DNA from: a virus
IMG/VR virus record: IMGVR_UViG_3300027852_000003
Coordinates: 1 to 64,000 of that record
DNA length: 64,000 nt
Direction: 5' to 3' (one strand)
Shown here piece by piece: positions 59,501 to 64,000 of this stretch (position 1 is the first letter of the stretch; the number at the start of each line of letters is the position of its first letter). The position numbers and the translations under genes are program-made. Below the pieces are notes generated by a model, which was not told the DNA's origin, did not search any database, and saw only the letters and a list, made by a program, of their open reading frames with translations.

Positions 59501-62080
59501 ATAGCCAAAGATTACGATTACGATTTAAATACCGCAGAAGGGCGCAGGAATGCCGTAAAAGAAAAATTAGGGCGTATGGCTGAGATAAACGATAAAACGC
59601 CCCTGATGAGGCGTGTGCTTCGTTCTATCCAGGTCTGGCTACGTAAGATGGGATTCAACTTTAAAGTTACTGATGAAGAACTGATGGGTTGGTTGGCAAA
59701 AGGGAAAAGGGCTGTTGAGACGGGAAAGATCAAAAAAGCTGGAGAAAAAGTTGGGGTAGAATATGCTATTGCGGGAGAAAAAGGAGAGAAAGCACCAAAG
59801 CCATTATCAAAAAAAGAGAAAAAAGAACTAAACCATTTAAAAACACTTGCCCATCGGCTTGCCCCTGGCAAAAAAGACCTTGATGCTGCAAAAATTGAAG
59901 CTTTGGGCAAAATAAAAAGCATGGCTTCTATGGATGTAAAAGAGGCTCGTGCAGTTGTTGATGCTTTAAAAAAGAAAGGCCGGGAAGTCCAGACAATTTA
60001 TGAAGAAGTTATTGAAGGTATAAGCAAAAGAGAAGAACGGAAGGAAACAAAAAAAGCTATAAAAGACTGGGAAGAGGCGGGAGAAGCTATCGCCGGAAAA
60101 GATATTAAGGAAATTTATAAACTTGCAGAATCGAAAAATTTAACTAAGGCTGATGTCGACGCTATTGTTAGAACAAGCACGAAAGAAGCAACTGGGATAG
60201 AAGAATTAAATAAAGACGAAGCAGATATTCTAAAACTTCTCATTATGGATAGAGAGAAAGTAATCCTGCATGGTGTTGAAAGTTTCAGAGAAATTGACAA
60301 AAGTGCCGCTATTTCAAAAAAAACAAAAGAAAAACTGGAAAGAGCTATTAGAATTTATGATGTTGACGACCTTGATTTGGTAGACTATGCCTTGCAGTAT
60401 CAGAAAGGAAAACATTTAGTAGAATCGGAAGCCAAGGATATTGTTGAATATATTAAAATAGTTAATGAAATGCGGCCAGAAGAAAAGGTACTTTTTCCTT
60501 ATTTTACTCCGGTCAAAAGGATTCTTGGAGAAAAATTTGTGGCTCCTTTCAGGCATATGTCCTTAAAAGTCCAGGAATCTTCTCATCCCTTGTATGAAAA
60601 ATCTAAAAAAATATTTAAGGGTTTGGGCAGTGCCAGCAGAAGAAGAATAACAGAATTTAGAGAAGGAAGACTGGCAGGAGAAAAATTGAGCAACGAGGAA
60701 AAACGTGCCAGCAATGAGATGTCAAAGATATATGATTCCCTTTGGGAAGTTTTTGAGATGGAAGCTTATATTGAGAAATATAATCCCCGGAGGCCATCTT
60801 TTAAAAATAAAACTCAACTTGTAAATTGGGTTTTTTCTCCCCAAGGAACGGTAAATTTTGATTTTTGGGCTGAGAAAGTAAGAACAGGACAACTTTCTAA
60901 AACAGAAAAAGATTCTTTGCGATTATTGCAAAGCTATATAACTGTTGGGTATAGGCATAAATATGGGGAAGAAGCGATTGAAAAAATACAGCCGCTCTTG
61001 GACTCGTTCAATGAGCAAAAAAAGACTTTTGCCCAAAGCTGGATAAACACAGTTATCAAAAAACATCCGACAAAAGATGAGAAGGTTGGAGATTTAGCAA
61101 TTTCGAGATTGATGAGGGGGATTGAAGCTGCTAACGAAAAAACGGTTCAGAAAATATTCAAAAAGGCAGAAATTAGTGTTTCCCAAAATCCAAGGCTTTA
61201 TCGTACTTTTGTCCATGAACTGCAAAGTGCAAACTATTCTTCTTTCATGGGGTTAAGGCCTAAGCTTGGGATAAGAAATTCATTCCAGCAATGGCTTATC
61301 GTTAATGAATACGGGTTGTCCTCTTATCTTAAGGGCAGAACTGCGGGACGGATGAATCAGGAAGTTAAAATAGCGATGGAGTTGTCTGATTTAGTGCAAA
61401 TTAGAAAAAAACAATACCAGGTTTGGGAAGAAAAACTTTCGGGGATAACCGATATAGGGGACAAGGCCAGGGATGCTATGATGGTGTTTTACCGTGCTGC
61501 CGATATAGACAATGTTAAAACTGCTTTTGCTACCGGGTATATGGCTGCAAAAAAAAGAAATCCGAATGCTTCAGATAAAGACTTAATAAGGGCAGGGGAA
61601 AAAGCCGTTGCAAACACACAATGGGGATATGGGATAGATTTGCCTGTTTTTTTTAAATCGCCTACAGGAAAATTAATGGGACAATATAGCTCTTGGGCAA
61701 TGTGGTATTTTGACCATATGCACAGAACAATAAAAGAAAGAAAGGGAGGAAAGGCAGCGAGAACCGCTGCCCAGTTTGCGATATTGGCTTTTGTAGCCCA
61801 GAAGTTTGATTACGATTACCTGAAAACTGTTTTGCTTGGCGTTATCCCTACCGGAATTGGAGTTATTCCTTCCAAAATTATCGGTCTTGCCAAGTTTTTG
61901 CAAGCCGTAGGCGTTGGGGACAAAAGGAATATAAGAAGACACGGGAAAGAAGCTTTATCTTCCCTTCTTCTTTTTGCACCGGGATATTTAGCTCACAAAG
62001 ATGTACAAAAAGCTATGGATGAGGGGATAGAGCATTTGTTTTTCTATAAAAAAAACCGGAAAAGAAAAGAAGTATATTAA
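56576..62080 (+). CDS. Giant 1834-aa protein (internal virion/ejection or polyvalent-type protein)
   Basis: Single uninterrupted ORF with an ATGA overlap. N-terminal duplicated TGIDLSGLEP, a long Lys/Glu-rich segment and an LAHETFNHAG motif. Confidence 0.9.
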   Translation: MMPVLDEATGIDLSGLEPAAPLKDKETGIDLSGLEPKTPDLTFGRAAGRIGAETKRIASSALGSILGGVEAQESLREKRAIETLYEDMGRMPPGTAEIGQQYDEPIIPPLEPRPGATGQQYDVKRLLKRAIESKALQVSEKYEKSSGWFEDVIGQVPQFGAMLGASILNPALGMGFIGSQIMGGQYLSLREQGVKPERALVYSLVNAVVQGGLEGIGISKIMKAWKPQKSLIQRIRRIVEAGGTEWLTETVQAVPEAFTNLFALNPDKKMLTNLGDFLNELPEALKSGAYEGTVVLPLALLGAGAGQARTARTQTNRREIRKAEILIDRELKKARAQKEKVRQEELSNQQVLLKAARIKLGATLKKVEAEKKPEERRAEKEARVKKANLEHEEKIRRKRAEWQKAKVAEKKKPPQETPKSAELAPKTEKKIEAPLKEKKVAEAKEKRPVIPEFKSTNEALEFGKKATPEQMEELARLKKESNERFAEMKSKKAKSTDDLQAMSNEATKGQLYREAIEWKEVEKQGEVVKKAVVEEKKAVPLPKIEEAKDLGKKPSEEKIVTVEKTGVRANLNPDPRVRFSSEEALYHEDAPKGTVAQFLTKEKIESKHWGKTEQDGLTNGHWIIRKDFIPQNLKKRSEKHPSSSVRYDEFGVSPEKEIGEASTYSFGIKTKKNDYSIFKTKSGIIDAFDSEQIGYLTKNIPDFSLGLIEKSHFAIIMSGNKKAGLIASIEHGLNLEGLKDKTDKVGVKEKVAKEKFPEAVAEKGKPAAKPSRPYKKGDTITYQGKQFKVLKVDPGKDILKLKGKYTTFQTSIKKAVEKGYEIKEKKAEPQLALESTILPKKKAVARTPVADINKAINPITNKWKKVAGITPHVKVAQDISELPLRYQDKIGRQVKEGKRVKGFYDSKENTVFLLGNNLKSVDEALQTLAHETFNHAGLEKIVGKKFYDQVWKSFIAKDKAIFGSGKDVSATNLYKIAKDYDYDLNTAEGRRNAVKEKLGRMAEINDKTPLMRRVLRSIQVWLRKMGFNFKVTDEELMGWLAKGKRAVETGKIKKAGEKVGVEYAIAGEKGEKAPKPLSKKEKKELNHLKTLAHRLAPGKKDLDAAKIEALGKIKSMASMDVKEARAVVDALKKKGREVQTIYEEVIEGISKREERKETKKAIKDWEEAGEAIAGKDIKEIYKLAESKNLTKADVDAIVRTSTKEATGIEELNKDEADILKLLIMDREKVILHGVESFREIDKSAAISKKTKEKLERAIRIYDVDDLDLVDYALQYQKGKHLVESEAKDIVEYIKIVNEMRPEEKVLFPYFTPVKRILGEKFVAPFRHMSLKVQESSHPLYEKSKKIFKGLGSASRRRITEFREGRLAGEKLSNEEKRASNEMSKIYDSLWEVFEMEAYIEKYNPRRPSFKNKTQLVNWVFSPQGTVNFDFWAEKVRTGQLSKTEKDSLRLLQSYITVGYRHKYGEEAIEKIQPLLDSFNEQKKTFAQSWINTVIKKHPTKDEKVGDLAISRLMRGIEAANEKTVQKIFKKAEISVSQNPRLYRTFVHELQSANYSSFMGLRPKLGIRNSFQQWLIVNEYGLSSYLKGRTAGRMNQEVKIAMELSDLVQIRKKQYQVWEEKLSGITDIGDKARDAMMVFYRAADIDNVKTAFATGYMAAKKRNPNASDKDLIRAGEKAVANTQWGYGIDLPVFFKSPTGKLMGQYSSWAMWYFDHMHRTIKERKGGKAARTAAQFAILAFVAQKFDYDYLKTVLLGVIPTGIGVIPSKIIGLAKFLQAVGVGDKRNIRRHGKEALSSLLLFAPGYLAHKDVQKAMDEGIEHLFFYKKNRKRKEVY

Positions 62081-62098
62081 AAAAGGAGGTAAAAAATT

Positions 62099-62419
62099 AT
62101 GGCCGAGATGATTTTATCTGAATATGATATCGGGGATTTTGAAACAATAACAGTAGCGGATACCGCCATTGGGTTTACGGCGGCGAAATTAAAACCTACT
62201 ACCGGAGACTTTGAGGGGATGAAAGCAGTAGAAGCCTTTTTTACTGTTGAAACTGCTCAAGCCCGTTTTCGATGCGATGGAACCGACCCTACTTCAACTG
62301 TAGGGCATTTATTGTCAAGCGGGGATAACGTAACAATAATTGGCAAAAATAATGTGGATAAATTTAAAGCCATCAGGGTTAGCGCTAGCGCTACAATCCA
62401 AGTAAGTTACCGATATTAA
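62099..62419 (+). CDS. Hypothetical protein (106 aa)
   Basis: ORF track entry with AAAGGAGGTAAAAAATT upstream. Confidence 0.7.
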   Translation: MAEMILSEYDIGDFETITVADTAIGFTAAKLKPTTGDFEGMKAVEAFFTVETAQARFRCDGTDPTSTVGHLLSSGDNVTIIGKNNVDKFKAIRVSASATIQVSYRY

Positions 62420-62431
62420 AGGGAAAAAACA

Positions 62432-63259
62432 ATGATTAATAGAGGAATGATAAATACGGGAATGATAGAAAGAAGAAACTTGATCGGCCTCTTAAAAACC
62501 GGCCTGACAACCAGCTACCACGCTGGCGATGATGGCGATTTGGAAAAGGGGTTAGCCAGAGATTTTGAGTTAATGATTGCTGGACAATATTCAGGAACAA
62601 CTAATATTGTAATCAATGGCAAAACTTGTGCTTTGGATAATAAGTGCACCAAAGATAATGTCAACAATCTAATGTGGTCTATGGTTCCTCAAAGTGATAT
62701 CGGGCCTGCTGCTGATGGAAAATTATTCTGGGATCAATACACAATCACAGGCGAAACTTGCACCTTTGATGCCGCAGGAAAAACGATCACTGCCGATGCG
62801 GGAACGCCTTTTAGTACAGGTGCTCTTTGCGCAGGGCGTATCTTCCCTGTTGTAGGTTCGGTCAGCAATCCGGGGCCTTTCACAGTAACAAATATCACCA
62901 CTTCTGTTATTACCGTATCGGAAACGGTTGTGAATGAAAACAGTGTAAGCATTGATATTGCGACAACAGATGATCTAATTTGGAATTTCAGGGATCAGGC
63001 AAACGCCAATGAACTTGGGGGGCATGATGATTGGTACCCGCCAAATATGGTAGAACTGTTTTCTATTTTGGCTTGGGATCATTACGAGCCTTGTATTGAT
63101 GAAACACTTTTTCCTTCGACACCTTCTGATTATTCATGGACATCAACCCATGGTAAATTTGCTAGTCTGGCTATGATAGTTGGCTTTGATAGAGGAACAA
63201 CGTCTTATCTCACAAAAACTACATCAAAAGTATTTTGCCGCCTCGTTCGAGATTTATAA
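62432..63259 (+). CDS. DUF1566 (Lcl C-terminal-like) domain protein
   Basis: The C-terminal GGHDDWYPPNMVELFSIL...YSWTSTH...VFCRLVRD fits the DUF1566 pattern from memory. Confidence 0.65.
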   Translation: MINRGMINTGMIERRNLIGLLKTGLTTSYHAGDDGDLEKGLARDFELMIAGQYSGTTNIVINGKTCALDNKCTKDNVNNLMWSMVPQSDIGPAADGKLFWDQYTITGETCTFDAAGKTITADAGTPFSTGALCAGRIFPVVGSVSNPGPFTVTNITTSVITVSETVVNENSVSIDIATTDDLIWNFRDQANANELGGHDDWYPPNMVELFSILAWDHYEPCIDETLFPSTPSDYSWTSTHGKFASLAMIVGFDRGTTSYLTKTTSKVFCRLVRDL

Positions 63260-63271
63260 AAAGGAAAAATT

Positions 63272-63613
63272 ATGGATTTGCAACAAGCAACCTTAAAAGA
63301 TATTGTCAGAGATCGTTCTGATTTAGTGGAAGCGATTGAAGATGGAGAGCATTTACCACAATCAATTATTCAAGTAAGGCAGAATGCAAAAGGCTACGGA
63401 TACGATTCATGGAAAGAAAAGATGATGGATATTAATAATGTGATAGTTTCCAGCAAAGTAGAGAAATACGCTTACACGAAAGACGGAATATTGGATACTA
63501 TCACCCGGAAAAATTATAGTGGAGATGAAGACATATTGAACAAAGAGGAAGTGGTTAAGTATGAACCTGGGAAGAAGCCGGTTGTGACAGAAATGAAGGC
63601 AATGGGAAAATAA
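63272..63613 (+). CDS. Hypothetical protein (113 aa)
   Basis: ORF track entry. Confidence 0.65.
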   Translation: MDLQQATLKDIVRDRSDLVEAIEDGEHLPQSIIQVRQNAKGYGYDSWKEKMMDINNVIVSSKVEKYAYTKDGILDTITRKNYSGDEDILNKEEVVKYEPGKKPVVTEMKAMGK

Positions 63614-63641
63614 ACTTTCAAACTTGAGAGAGAGGTAACGC

Positions 63642-63794
63642 ATGAAAAAACCAAATGCACCAAAAGCAGGAACACCGGCAGGATATAAAGCGGGATTAGG
63701 TGGACGAAAGATTCGTTCAAAAGGACAAGGACGTGGACTTGGGAGGGGGAGAGGAGCTGGGCCGATAGGTAAGCCTTCCACAAAAAAGAAGTAA
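63642..63794 (+). CDS. Small Arg/Gly-rich basic peptide (50 aa)
   Basis: GAGAGAGGTAACGC lies upstream of the ATG. Contains KGQGRGLGRGRGAGPIG. Below the track's cutoff. Confidence 0.4.
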   Translation: MKKPNAPKAGTPAGYKAGLGGRKIRSKGQGRGLGRGRGAGPIGKPSTKKK

Positions 63795-63804
63795 GGAGGT
63801 TAAA

Positions 63805-64000
63805 ATGTGGTGGAAAGTATATCGAGAGTTCTTTAGGACAAAAAACGTTGTTGGGTATGGTTTGGGCAAAAAAGAAGTTAATGGTCGCAAAACAGATGAT
63901 CCAGCTCTGGTATTTACTGTTAGCAAGAAAATCCCCCAAAAATTATTGAGCAAGAAGGACATCATCCCTCAAGAAGTTAATGGATACAAAACAGATGTGA
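63805..64000 (+). CDS. Hypothetical protein, 5' part only (runs off the right edge)
   Basis: GTAAGGAGGTTAAA precedes the ATG at 63805. The frame is open to the window end. Confidence 0.5.
   Translation, partial: MWWKVYREFFRTKNVVGYGLGKKEVNGRKTDDPALVFTVSKKIPQKLLSKKDIIPQEVNGYKTDV

Noticed and set aside
1-64000. Prophage boundaries, integrase or attachment sites
   Set aside because: No integrase, recombinase or host-like flanking genes were recognised anywhere in the window, so no claim about lysogeny or att sites is made.

Overview
The window reads as one contiguous stretch of a low-GC tailed dsDNA phage or prophage genome. No rRNA, CRISPR array, integrase, DNA polymerase or endolysin was recognised. 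Strong AGGAGG-type ribosome-binding sites occur throughout, and many genes are coupled by ATGA overlaps. Transcription appears to diverge from a control region at about 25.15-25.43 kb. To the left (minus strand, 25.1 kb down to 1) lie about 75 mostly small early genes. These include a RecT plus YqaJ-type exonuclease recombination pair, a replisome-organizer-like protein, two orphan DNA methyltransferases, nuclease-like proteins, an XRE HTH regulator, many small zinc-ribbon proteins and a 21-hexad beta-helix protein. To the right (plus strand) lie two small DNA-binding proteins, an approximately 0.8-kb iteron, tandem-repeat and polypurine non-coding region, and a run of small genes that includes a Fic enzyme. 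The morphogenesis genes follow: small and large terminase, a two-gene insert, portal, scaffold-like protein, HK97-like major capsid, decoration-like proteins, neck proteins, two receptor-binding proteins sharing an N-terminal anchor, further tail proteins, tandem paralogous internal-type proteins and a 1834-aa giant protein. No tail tube, sheath or tape-measure set is visible, so a podovirus-like virion is inferred. Three items deserve the closest second look. (1) A roughly 4.9-kb glycosyltransferase, GT2-radical-SAM/SPASM fusion, methyltransferase and Cys-rich peptide cassette sits between the capsid and neck genes (40.0-44.9 kb). (2) A 527-nt GC-rich non-coding island at 17893-18419 has a pseudoknot-type arrangement and a 15-bp long-range helix, making it a candidate large structured RNA. 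(3) A tRNA-like element at 7690-7800 has an oversized anticodon loop and is clamped by a 12-bp stem. Further observations are the iteron/polypurine region, several families of short repeats at gene junctions, a perfect 116-bp direct repeat 14.4 kb apart, and a hexanucleotide-periodic tract open in three frames. All functional calls come from motif recognition by eye, because no searches could be run. Start codons were adjusted from the ORF track where an ATG preceded by a Shine-Dalgarno sequence was visible.
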